Origin: Dissulfurirhabdus thermomarina
GTDB lineage: Bacteria; Desulfobacterota; Dissulfuribacteria; Dissulfuribacterales; Dissulfurirhabdaceae
DNA length: 32,000 bases
Assembly: GCF_012979235.1 (NCBI RefSeq)
Contig: NZ_JAATWC010000004.1
Location: forward strand, 137,243-169,242
Direction of reading: 5' to 3'
Shown here: positions 1-7,429 of the stretch, piece after piece
Layout of the letters: every line of letters begins with the position of its first letter
Numbering within the stretch: position 1 is the stretch's first letter
The notes under the pieces: generated by a model
Told to the model about the DNA's origin: nothing
The model's database searches: none
The model's input: the letters and a program-made list of their open reading frames with translations, nothing else
Program-made: the position numbers and the translations under genes

Positions 1-192
1 CTGATCTACCTCATCGCCTTCAACTGCGGGGTGGACGCCCTGCTCCGCCTGGAGCTGGCCGCCCTGCACAAGGATCTGGCGCGGCGGGTCCCGTTCATGG
101 TGCTGGTGGTGGACGAGCACACCCAGCACGAGCACGTGGCCACCCGCGTCGAGGCCTTCCTGGACATCGTCGATGGCACCGCACACGCCTGA
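1..192 (+). CDS. 3' end (partial) of an upstream gene: C-terminus of a 2-hydroxyacyl-CoA dehydratase-like / activase-associated (DUF2229-like) protein
   Basis: Frame +1 is open from base 1 to TGA at 190-192 (LIYLIAFNCGVDALL...VEAFLDIVDGTAHA*). FNCGVDA resembles the xCGxDA segment of HgdB/DUF2229-type proteins. Overlaps the next start by 20 nt. Confidence 0.45.
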   Translation: MIYLIAFNCGVDALLRLELAALHKDLARRVPFMVLVVDEHTQHEHVATRVEAFLDIVDGTAHA

Positions 193-1153
193 GATCCACC
201 TCGGCATCGACGTGGGGTCGGTGACCACCAAGGTGGTGGCCCTGGAGGCCGGAACCGGGGCGCTGCTGGCCGGCTACTACCTGCGCACCCACGGAAACCC
301 CCTGGCCGCCCTGCGCGAAGCCATGGGGCGGCTGGCGGCGGACCTCGGCCGGCCCCGCGTCCTGGCGGCCGCCACCACCGGGAGCGGCCGGGCCCTGGCC
401 GCGCGTCTCGTCAACACCGACATCGCCAAGAACGAGATCACCACCCACACCCTGGCGGCCGTCCGCATCAACCCGGCCGTTCGGACCGTGGTGGAGATCG
501 GCGGCCAGGACTCGAAGATCATCCTGGTCCGGGAGGGCCTCGCCGTGGACTTCGCCATGAACACCGTCTGCGCCGCGGGAACGGGCTCGTTCCTGGACCA
601 GCAGGCCGGGCGCCTCGGCCTCCGGGTGGAGGAGATGGGAGCCCTCGCCCTCGCCTCGGAGAACCCCGCCCCCATCTCCGGCCGCTGCACGGTCTTCGCC
701 GAGACGGACATGATTCACAAGCAGCAGATCGGCCTCCCGGTGGCGGACATCGTGGCGGGCCTCTGCCGCTCCCTGGTCCGGAACTACCTGGCCTCCGTGG
801 CCCGAGGCAAGGCCCTGGAGGCCCCCGTGGTCTTCCAGGGCGGGGTGGCGGCCAACGCGGGCATCGTGCGGGAGTTCGAGCGCCAGACGGGGCTTTCCTT
901 CGAGGTCTCGCCCCACCACGGCGTGGCCGGGGCCTACGGCGCCGCGCTGCTGGCCGCGGCCGCCGACGGGGAGCGGCCCCCCTTCCTCGGCTACGAGCTC
1001 CTGGAACGAGAGTTCCGGGTGGACAGCTTCGTCTGCCGCCGGTGCGAGGAGGCCTGCTCGGTGCTCCGCCTCCACCGGGACGGGCGGCCCGTCTCGTTCT
1101 GGAACGACCGGTGCGGGCGCTGGTCCGGGGCGGTGGAGGGCCCGCGTGGCTGA
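173..1153 (+). CDS. BadF/BadG/BcrA/BcrD-type ATPase (CoA-substrate-specific enzyme activase, HgdC-like)
   Basis: 326 aa. Has the N-terminal actin-fold phosphate motif LGIDVGSVTTK, then EIGGQDSK and CAAGTGSF, and a C-terminal Cys cluster (CRRCEEAC...C) typical of activase-family proteins. Confidence 0.8.
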   Translation: MAPHTPEIHLGIDVGSVTTKVVALEAGTGALLAGYYLRTHGNPLAALREAMGRLAADLGRPRVLAAATTGSGRALAARLVNTDIAKNEITTHTLAAVRINPAVRTVVEIGGQDSKIILVREGLAVDFAMNTVCAAGTGSFLDQQAGRLGLRVEEMGALALASENPAPISGRCTVFAETDMIHKQQIGLPVADIVAGLCRSLVRNYLASVARGKALEAPVVFQGGVAANAGIVREFERQTGLSFEVSPHHGVAGAYGAALLAAAADGERPPFLGYELLEREFRVDSFVCRRCEEACSVLRLHRDGRPVSFWNDRCGRWSGAVEGPRG

Positions 1154-2639
1154 CCGGCGCGTCGCCGTGATCGGGGCCGGCGTCTCGGGGCTCGCCGCCG
1201 GGGCCGTCCTGGCCCGGCGGGGTTTCGAGGTGGACGTCTTCGAGGCGGGGGAACGGCCGGGAGGCTACGTCACCGGGTTCCGGCGCCACGGATTCTACTT
1301 CGACGCCACCGGGGCCTTCCTCGCCGCCTGCGGCCCGGGCGGGGCCCTCACCCGGGTCCTCGAGGCGGCCGGCGCCCGGGACGAAGTCGCCTTCCTTCCC
1401 ATCCCGGAGATCCGGAACGTCTACCCCGGCTTCGACCTGCGCCTCGATTACCGGAGCCCCCGCGCCTACCTCGAGGGCGTCGCGGCCCGGTTCCCGGGGC
1501 ACCGGGAGGCCCTGGCCCGCTACGCCCGGCTCACGGAGCGGCTCGGCCGGGAGCTGCTCGCCCTCGACGAGGCCCCGGGGTGGAAACGCGCCCTCTTTCC
1601 CCTCTTCTTCCCCCGGATCCTCCGCTACGCCCGGGCCTCCCACGCCCGGGTCCTCGGCCGCCTCTTCCCCGGGGCCCCGGACCTCTGGCTGGCGCTCTCG
1701 GCGCTGCCCACCACGTTGCCGCCGAGCCGCCTCTCCTACCCCTTCGTGGCGGTGCTCTGGGCCAAGGTCCTCCGGGAGGGCGTCTTCTACCCGCGGGGCG
1801 GGATGGAGGCCCTGTCCGGGGCCCTGGCCCGGGCCCTGGCCCGGGCCGGCGGGCGGCTCCACCTCGGGGCCCGGGTCGCCGGGATCCGGCTCTCCCCGGA
1901 CGGGCGGCGCGCCGCGGGCGTTCGCCTCGCCTCGGGCGGGACGGCGGACGCCGACTGGGTGGTGGGGGCCTCGAACCTCTTCGCCGCCCGGCGCCTGCTC
2001 CCGGGGGGGCGGCATCCCTACGGCCGGCTCCACCGGGCGAAGCGGCTCCGGCCCTCCGCCTCCGCCCTCCTCTTCTACCTGGGGCTCCCGTCCGACGCCC
2101 TTCCCCCGGACTGGCCCTACTTCGTCTCCATCCAGACGGACGCCGACCTCGAGCGCGCGGCGGCGGCCCTGGCCGAGGGGTCCATGGAAGAAGGGCTCCA
2201 CGTGGTGATCACCACGCCCTCCCTGCTCGATCCGGGGCTTGCGCCCCCCGGCCACCACTCGGTGAAGGTCCTCGTCCACGCCCCGCCGGCCGGCCGCTTC
2301 CGCCACCGGTACGGCGAGGCGGCGGCCCTGTCGCGGCTGGAGGACCGGATCTTCGGCGAGATCCGGTCCCTGGCCGGGGTGGACCTCAGGGGCCCGGCCC
2401 GGTTCGTGGAGCGGGCCACCCCCATGACCCTGGAACGCCGGACCGGCAACGAAGAAGGCGCCATGTACGGCCTCGACGCCGCCGTGGACCAGGTGGGCCC
2501 CCTCCGCCCCCCGAACCGGACGGCCCTTGACCGGCTCCTCTGGGTGGGCCACTATACCCACCCGTCCCACGGCATCGTGGGAAGCGCCCTGTCCGGGCTC
2601 TTCGCCGCGGACACCATCACCGAGGCCGCCGGAAGATGA
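1146..2639 (+). CDS. FAD/NAD(P)-dependent oxidoreductase, phytoene desaturase (CrtI)-like family
   Basis: 497 aa. Has an N-terminal Rossmann motif VAVIGAGVSGLAAG...FEAGERPGG and overall CrtI-like length. GTG start overlaps the upstream stop by 8 nt. Confidence 0.8.
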   Translation: MADRRVAVIGAGVSGLAAGAVLARRGFEVDVFEAGERPGGYVTGFRRHGFYFDATGAFLAACGPGGALTRVLEAAGARDEVAFLPIPEIRNVYPGFDLRLDYRSPRAYLEGVAARFPGHREALARYARLTERLGRELLALDEAPGWKRALFPLFFPRILRYARASHARVLGRLFPGAPDLWLALSALPTTLPPSRLSYPFVAVLWAKVLREGVFYPRGGMEALSGALARALARAGGRLHLGARVAGIRLSPDGRRAAGVRLASGGTADADWVVGASNLFAARRLLPGGRHPYGRLHRAKRLRPSASALLFYLGLPSDALPPDWPYFVSIQTDADLERAAAALAEGSMEEGLHVVITTPSLLDPGLAPPGHHSVKVLVHAPPAGRFRHRYGEAAALSRLEDRIFGEIRSLAGVDLRGPARFVERATPMTLERRTGNEEGAMYGLDAAVDQVGPLRPPNRTALDRLLWVGHYTHPSHGIVGSALSGLFAADTITEAAGR

Positions 2640-3559
2640 TCCTGCCGAGGAAGTTCTACCTGCTGCTCTTCTACGTCTTCGCCCGGACCACGCCCCGGTT
2701 CTGGCAGGTCTGGCAGAACCGCGCGGTCTCGAAGCTCTTCTTCCTGGCCTGGGGCCGGATGCGCCGGATCGTGCAGGGCAACCTCGCCGTCGTCCTGGGT
2801 CTCCCCCCGGACGCCCCCCGGGTGCGCCGCCTCGCCCGGAACGTCTTCCGGAACTACGGCCTCTACCTCGTGGACTATGTGCGGATCAGCTGGATCACCC
2901 CCCGGACCCTCCCCCGGGTCATCGCCGAGGAGGCCGGTACCGCCCACATCCGGGCGGCCCTCGACCGGGGCCGGGGCGCCATCCTGGTGACCCCCCACCT
3001 GGGCCACTGGGAGCTCGGGGGGCTGAGCCTGGCCTTCCGGGGCCTCTCCGTCACCGCCCTCACCCTCACCGACCACGAATCCCGCGTCCAGGAATACCGC
3101 GACCGGGTCCGGGGCCGCCTCGGGATCGAGACGGTCCACATCGCCCCCGACGACCCGGGCACGGTATTGAAGCTCGCCCGGCTGCTCCGGGAGAACAAGG
3201 TGGTGGTGATGCTGGGCGACCGCTGGGAGGGAGGCAAACGCGTCCCGGTCACCTTCTTCGGCCGGCGGACCTTCTTCCCCGCCGGCGCGGCGGCCCTGGC
3301 GCTCGCCACCGGGGCCCCCATCATCCCGGTCTTCGTGGTGCTCCGGCCCGACAACCGCTACCGGGCCTGGATGGAGACGCCCGTCGAGGTCGTCCGCCGC
3401 CCCAACCAGCGGGGCGAGGCGGTGCTGGCGGAAAAGACCCAGGAACTGGCCGCGGCCTTCGAACGCGTCATCGCCCGCCACCCCGACCAGTGGTACCACT
3501 TCTTCGATTACTGGAGCCGATACGGTTGTGAAGACCCTGCTGCTCGACCCACCCCATAA
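2636..3559 (+). CDS. LpxL/HtrB-family (lysophospholipid / lipid A-type) acyltransferase
   Basis: 307 aa. Has an N-terminal hydrophobic anchor, an HLGHWE (Hx4E) catalytic motif and C-terminal HPDQWYHFFDYW typical of the lauroyl/myristoyl acyltransferase family. ATGA overlap with the upstream gene. Confidence 0.75.
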   Translation: MILPRKFYLLLFYVFARTTPRFWQVWQNRAVSKLFFLAWGRMRRIVQGNLAVVLGLPPDAPRVRRLARNVFRNYGLYLVDYVRISWITPRTLPRVIAEEAGTAHIRAALDRGRGAILVTPHLGHWELGGLSLAFRGLSVTALTLTDHESRVQEYRDRVRGRLGIETVHIAPDDPGTVLKLARLLRENKVVVMLGDRWEGGKRVPVTFFGRRTFFPAGAAALALATGAPIIPVFVVLRPDNRYRAWMETPVEVVRRPNQRGEAVLAEKTQELAAAFERVIARHPDQWYHFFDYWSRYGCEDPAARPTP

Positions 3560-4982
3560 GATCTTCGGCGCCCTCCGCCTCTGGATGCCCTCGCCGGGGC
3601 TCATGGCGCTCACCGCCTACCTGGAGCGCGAGGGGGAGGACGTGCACCTCCTCGACGCCACCACCCTCCCCCACCCGTGGACGGACCTGGCCGCCCGGCT
3701 CCGGGCCGGGGCCTACGACGTGGTGGGCGTCACCTGCCAGGCGGCCACCTTCCACCACGACGCCTGCGCCGCCGTCCGCCTGGTGCGCCGGGTGCTCCCC
3801 CGGGCCGTCATCGTGGGGGGCGGCGGGCACTTCACGCTGAACGCCGACCTGGTGCTGGAGACGGTGCCCGAGCTCGACTACGTGGTCCTGGGGGAGGGCG
3901 AGGTCACCTTCCTGGAACTCCTCCGGTGGCTCCGGGGAGGCGGCAACGGCGCCTGCCCCGTGGCCGGCGTGGCCTACCGGGACGGCGGCGGGGTGACCCG
4001 GACGGGGCCCCGCGCCCCCATCGCCGACCTGGACGCCCTTCCCATGCCCGCCTACCACCGGGTGGACCTCGACGCCCCCACCTACAACCTGCACGGCATG
4101 GGCCGGCGGGCGGTGGGGATCTCCACCAGCCGCGGCTGCGGGGACCACTGCGCCTACTGCTCCGAGTCGGCCCTCTGGCGGGCCACCTGGCGGGGCCGGA
4201 GCGGCCCCCTGGTGGTGGAGGAGATGCAGGAGCTCCACCGCCGGTACGGAAAGTCGCTCTTCGTCTTCAACGAGAACTCCTTCAACCAGAGCCGGGAGCG
4301 CAACGAAGCCTTCCTGGAGAGCCTGGGGCGCTCGGGCCTCAAGTGCGACTTCTGGTTCCAGTCCCGCGTCAAAGACATCCTCCGCGACCGGGACCTCCTG
4401 GCCGACTACCGGCGCCTCGGCCTCTACGAGGTCATGCTGGGCATCGAGAGCATCGACCCGGACACCCTCCGGAACTACACGAAGAACCAGGACGCGGAAC
4501 AGATCCGGGAGGCCGCCTCGCTCCTCCGCTCCCACGGGATCATGGTGATGACCAACGTGATGTTCGGCGACGTCCACGACACGGAGGCCTCGCTCCGGGC
4601 CATCTGCGACTTCGTCTCGGAGATCGGCGACTTCCTCGTCCTGTGCATCACCACCCCGCTGCCCGGGACGCGCTACCACCGGGCCGCCATGGAGCAGGGC
4701 CGGATCGAGGAGCACGACTTCTCGCGCTACGACTTCATGCACCCCGTGATGTCCAACGCCGCCTACAGCCGCGACGAGATCCTCGCCCTCCAGAAGAAGT
4801 ACCTGCGGCGCTACTACACACGGCCGGTGATCTTCCGCAAGATGCTCTTCTCTCCCAATCCCTTCATCCGCATGGCCTACCGTCTCATCATGCGCTACGC
4901 CTGGTACGAGGCGCGCCGAAGGGAATGGGTGCAGCCCAACTACGAGCCCCCGCCGCCGGACCTCCTCGCCGCCGCCCCCTGA
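3528..4982 (+). CDS. B12-binding domain radical SAM protein
   Basis: 484 aa. N-terminus MKTLLLDPP... with a cobalamin-binding-like domain (VVGVTC, IVGGGGHFT). Has the radical SAM motif SRGCGDHCAYC (Cx4CxxC). GTG start overlaps the acyltransferase by 32 nt. Confidence 0.85.
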   Translation: MKTLLLDPPHKIFGALRLWMPSPGLMALTAYLEREGEDVHLLDATTLPHPWTDLAARLRAGAYDVVGVTCQAATFHHDACAAVRLVRRVLPRAVIVGGGGHFTLNADLVLETVPELDYVVLGEGEVTFLELLRWLRGGGNGACPVAGVAYRDGGGVTRTGPRAPIADLDALPMPAYHRVDLDAPTYNLHGMGRRAVGISTSRGCGDHCAYCSESALWRATWRGRSGPLVVEEMQELHRRYGKSLFVFNENSFNQSRERNEAFLESLGRSGLKCDFWFQSRVKDILRDRDLLADYRRLGLYEVMLGIESIDPDTLRNYTKNQDAEQIREAASLLRSHGIMVMTNVMFGDVHDTEASLRAICDFVSEIGDFLVLCITTPLPGTRYHRAAMEQGRIEEHDFSRYDFMHPVMSNAAYSRDEILALQKKYLRRYYTRPVIFRKMLFSPNPFIRMAYRLIMRYAWYEARRREWVQPNYEPPPPDLLAAAP

Positions 4983-5088
4983 GACGCGCCAACGTGCCCT
5001 TCGGTCTCCCCTTCTGGGATCGAGGGTCGGCCCCCGGCCCGCGCGGAAAGGGGCCTTCGGTGGTGGTACTCTTGGAATTCGGTTCTAG

Positions 5089-5300
5089 GATGGCGTCGCC
5101 AAAAGTCGCGGGCTGCGGCGCTCTTCGGATGTTCTCGTCATTGCGGCGGAGCTCGGTACGACTCATTCCTCGATATCCTCGCGCCGTGCATTTGGCGATT
5201 TTTGCCGAGCCATCCACTCGGAGGGCTTTTTACGGGGCCATCTTCTATAATCCTCTATGCCGCAAGCGTCCCGCTTGGTGATGCCCGCGGCGCCATCATC
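5089..5300. repeat. Mosaic intergenic repeat, locus 1: A-type unit (5089-5242, reverse orientation) plus hairpin end-module (about 5262-5300, forward)
   Basis: 5089-5242 is about 85% identical to the reverse complement of 6281-6437 and to 17458-17603. Termini are GATGGCGTCGCC ... GGGGCCATC. 5262-5300 (GCAAGCGtccCGCTTGGTGATGCCCGCGGCGCCATCATC) recurs at 14720-14765, 21088-21128 and 28809-28850. Confidence 0.85.
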
Positions 5301-5330
5301 GAAAAGGCCTCCCCCGGTGCGGGGGAGGCC
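5301..5330 (-). terminator. Rho-independent terminator of the OMP gene
   Basis: Perfect 10-bp stem GGCCTCCCCC / GGGGGAGGCC with a 5-nt loop (5306-5330). Read on the minus strand it is followed by TTTTC. Lies 48 nt downstream of the stop at 5378. Confidence 0.6.
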
Positions 5331-5377
5331 GAGGGAGGCGGGACTCCTGGCCGGCCCGCCAAAGGTCGACGCCATCT

Positions 5378-6256
5378 TCAGAAGGCGTACTGGATGGAGA
5401 GGACGTAGGCCCTCCCGAAGGCCGCCCGCTTCTGGAGCGGCGCGGTCTTCCGGTAGGTCCGGTCGCCCGTGTCCGCGTAGGAGGCCACCAGCGTGAGATT
5501 CGGGTTCGGCATGTAGGCCGCGTGGGCCTCCCAGATGGAGTGGGTCGTGTACCGGGTGGCATCCCCCTCGATGACCCTGCCCACGTCGGCGTCCTGCTGG
5601 TACTCCCAGCCCACGATGAACCCGCCGGGGAGCACGGTCTCGACGTTGCCGAAGAAGACCGTGTCCCGGTCGTCGCCGAAGCCCAGCACGCCCCGGACGT
5701 AACCCTTGGTCCAGAGGAGGCCGGCGTTCAGGATCACCGGGACGGGAAGGGCGCCGAACATCTTGGTGGCCACGACGTAGCCGTCGACGTCGGTGACGTC
5801 GCGGGCCGGCGCCGCGCTGAACTCGGTATGCTTCCAGATGGCGCCGGCGGAGACGGCGGGCAGGAGACCGATCCCGAACCCGCCCTCCTGCACGAGGTTG
5901 ACCTTCAGGGAGAGGTTGTCCTTGTCCACGTTCTCGATGCCCTCGATATCCACGAACTCGTGGCTGTAGCCCAGCTCCAGGCGGTTGAAGAAGGCGATGT
6001 TCGCCCCCACGGACCACCAGTCGATGTCCGACTCGGTGAGCCCAGCGGTCCAGACCCCGACCTGGGGCCGGGAGACCGCCCGGCTCCCGAGCAGCCCGCC
6101 CGCCTCCCCCTTGACGGGGTTGGCGACGTAGGCGAAGGGATTCAGGGCGCACCCGCCCACGCCCTCGAAGTTGGTGAGCGGGGCGCCGGCCAGGGCCGCC
6201 CCCTCCAGGCACCAGCAGAGCCCCAGGAACAGGGACAGGGACACGATCTTTCTCAT
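5378..6256 (-). CDS. Putative outer-membrane beta-barrel protein (DUF3034-like)
   Basis: Start chosen at the internal ATG (6256), preceded by GGAGGAAG. Signal peptide is MRKIVSLSLFLGLCWCLEGAALA. Sequence alternates amphipathic beta-strand-like segments and ends in an aromatic residue (...SIQYAF), typical of OMPs. Confidence 0.6.
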   Translation of the reverse strand: MRKIVSLSLFLGLCWCLEGAALAGAPLTNFEGVGGCALNPFAYVANPVKGEAGGLLGSRAVSRPQVGVWTAGLTESDIDWWSVGANIAFFNRLELGYSHEFVDIEGIENVDKDNLSLKVNLVQEGGFGIGLLPAVSAGAIWKHTEFSAAPARDVTDVDGYVVATKMFGALPVPVILNAGLLWTKGYVRGVLGFGDDRDTVFFGNVETVLPGGFIVGWEYQQDADVGRVIEGDATRYTTHSIWEAHAAYMPNPNLTLVASYADTGDRTYRKTAPLQKRAAFGRAYVLSIQYAF

Positions 6257-6280
6257 GGGCTTCCTCCTCTCCGATGGGTT

Positions 6281-6437
6281 GATGGCCTCGTAAAAAGTCC
6301 TCTGATGTGGACGGCTCAGCAAGAATCTCCAAATGCACGGCGCAAGGATGTTGTGGAATGAGGCGTAGTTGAGCTACGCCGAAATGACGGGAACATCCGG
6401 AGCAACACAGCAGCCCGCGACTTTTGGCGACGCCATC
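6281..6437 (+). repeat. Mosaic intergenic repeat, locus 2 (A-type unit, forward)
   Basis: GATGGCCTCGTAAAAAG...GCGACTTTTGGCGACGCCATC. Homologous along its full length to 5089-5242 (reverse complement) and 17458-17603. Contains the hairpin GGCGTAG-TTGAG-CTACGCC (6362-6380). Confidence 0.85.
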
Positions 6438-6487
6438 ATGGGTTGTCGATGGGCCTCCCCCGGGCAGGCGGGGCGGCCGCAGGCGCC

Positions 6488-7429
6488 TCAGCGCTCGTAG
6501 AAACCGAAACCGTTGACCGCCATGGGGACCGCGGTGTCGGAGGCGACCTCGAGCACCGATCCGTCATAGAGCCGCACCCGCCGGTAGCCCAAGAGGTCGC
6601 GCAGCACGAAGTAGCCGAGGGCGGCCCTGAGGCCGTGGTCGCTGTAGACCACGATCTCCGCGGAGCGATCCTCCGGGAGGCCGATCCCCCGGGCGATGGC
6701 CTGGAGTTCCTCCCTGGGCCGGAAGACGGATGGGCTGAAGGCCTGGCCGCCGAGGGTGAGATAGGCGGCCGGCATGGGGATGGCGCCCCTCAGGTGCCCG
6801 TAGCGGGCGACGTGGGCCTTCTTCTCGTGGCCGATGTAGGCGTCCATGTCCCGGAGGTCCACGAAGACCGCCGTGCCGGAACGCAGCCGCGCCTTGACCT
6901 CGTCCAGGCCGATGCGCCGGTCGGCCGCGACGGCGGGGACGAAGTCTCCCGGCTCCGGCACGGCGGGGCGCTTCGTGACCGGGAGTCCGGCCTGGCGCCA
7001 GGCCTCGAAACCGCCGTCCAGGAGGGCGGCCTTCCCGTGGCCCAGGGTCTCCAGTGTCCACAGGACCCGGGCGCTCCGCGCCGTATCCTCCGCGGTGACG
7101 CCCTGGTCGTAGATCACCACGAAGGCGTCGTTTCGCACCCCATAGGAGCGCAACCTCGCCGCCAGTTCCCCCACCGGCGGCATCATGAAGCCCCGGAACC
7201 GTTCATCCATGGTCTGCCAGGGGCCGAAGGCCTGCACCGCCCCCGGAATGTGGCCCTGCCCGTACCGGGAGAAGGTCCGCACGTCCAGGACGACCACCCC
7301 GCGGTCCTCCCGGTGCTTGGCGAGCCACTGAGCCGTGACCAGCGGATCGTGGGCCGGGGCGGGCCCGGCGCACGAAAGGAACACGGCGGCGCAGGCGGCC
7401 GCGATCAGGGCATGGATCGTCGTCTTCAT
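6488..7429 (-). CDS. Periplasmic tandem-rhodanese-domain protein (SseA/thiosulfate sulfurtransferase-like), with Ser at the catalytic Cys position
   Basis: 313 aa. Signal peptide MKTTIHALIAAACAAVFLSCAGPAPA. Two rhodanese repeats (VVLDVR...GHIPGA; FVDLRD...GHLRGA). The second-domain active-site loop reads VVYSDHGLRAA instead of CxxGxR. Start overlaps the upstream stop (ATGA). Confidence 0.8.
   Translation of the reverse strand: MKTTIHALIAAACAAVFLSCAGPAPAHDPLVTAQWLAKHREDRGVVVLDVRTFSRYGQGHIPGAVQAFGPWQTMDERFRGFMMPPVGELAARLRSYGVRNDAFVVIYDQGVTAEDTARSARVLWTLETLGHGKAALLDGGFEAWRQAGLPVTKRPAVPEPGDFVPAVAADRRIGLDEVKARLRSGTAVFVDLRDMDAYIGHEKKAHVARYGHLRGAIPMPAAYLTLGGQAFSPSVFRPREELQAIARGIGLPEDRSAEIVVYSDHGLRAALGYFVLRDLLGYRRVRLYDGSVLEVASDTAVPMAVNGFGFYER

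Noticed and set aside
519-2570. 683-aa minus-strand ORF, plus other long off-frame or antisense ORFs at 95..1075, 1580..2530, 2527..3531, 2552..3613, 3468..4742 and 3677..5281, all overlapping the first operon
   Set aside because: The translations are Arg/Pro/Gly/Ala-rich low complexity, typical of shadow ORFs in about 70% GC DNA. The plus-strand genes they overlap have clear family motifs and coupled starts.
4888-5217. ORFs running through the repeat elements (4888..5217, 14508..14909, 17487..17939, 23889..24101, 28693..28944, 28807..29373) that share peptide snippets such as FGDAI and HREERG
   Set aside because: The similarity is at the nucleotide level. Different copies are open in different frames and orientations, and one copy has an in-frame stop (6359-6361). 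There are no RBSs. These are artefacts of GC-rich repeats, not a small-protein family.
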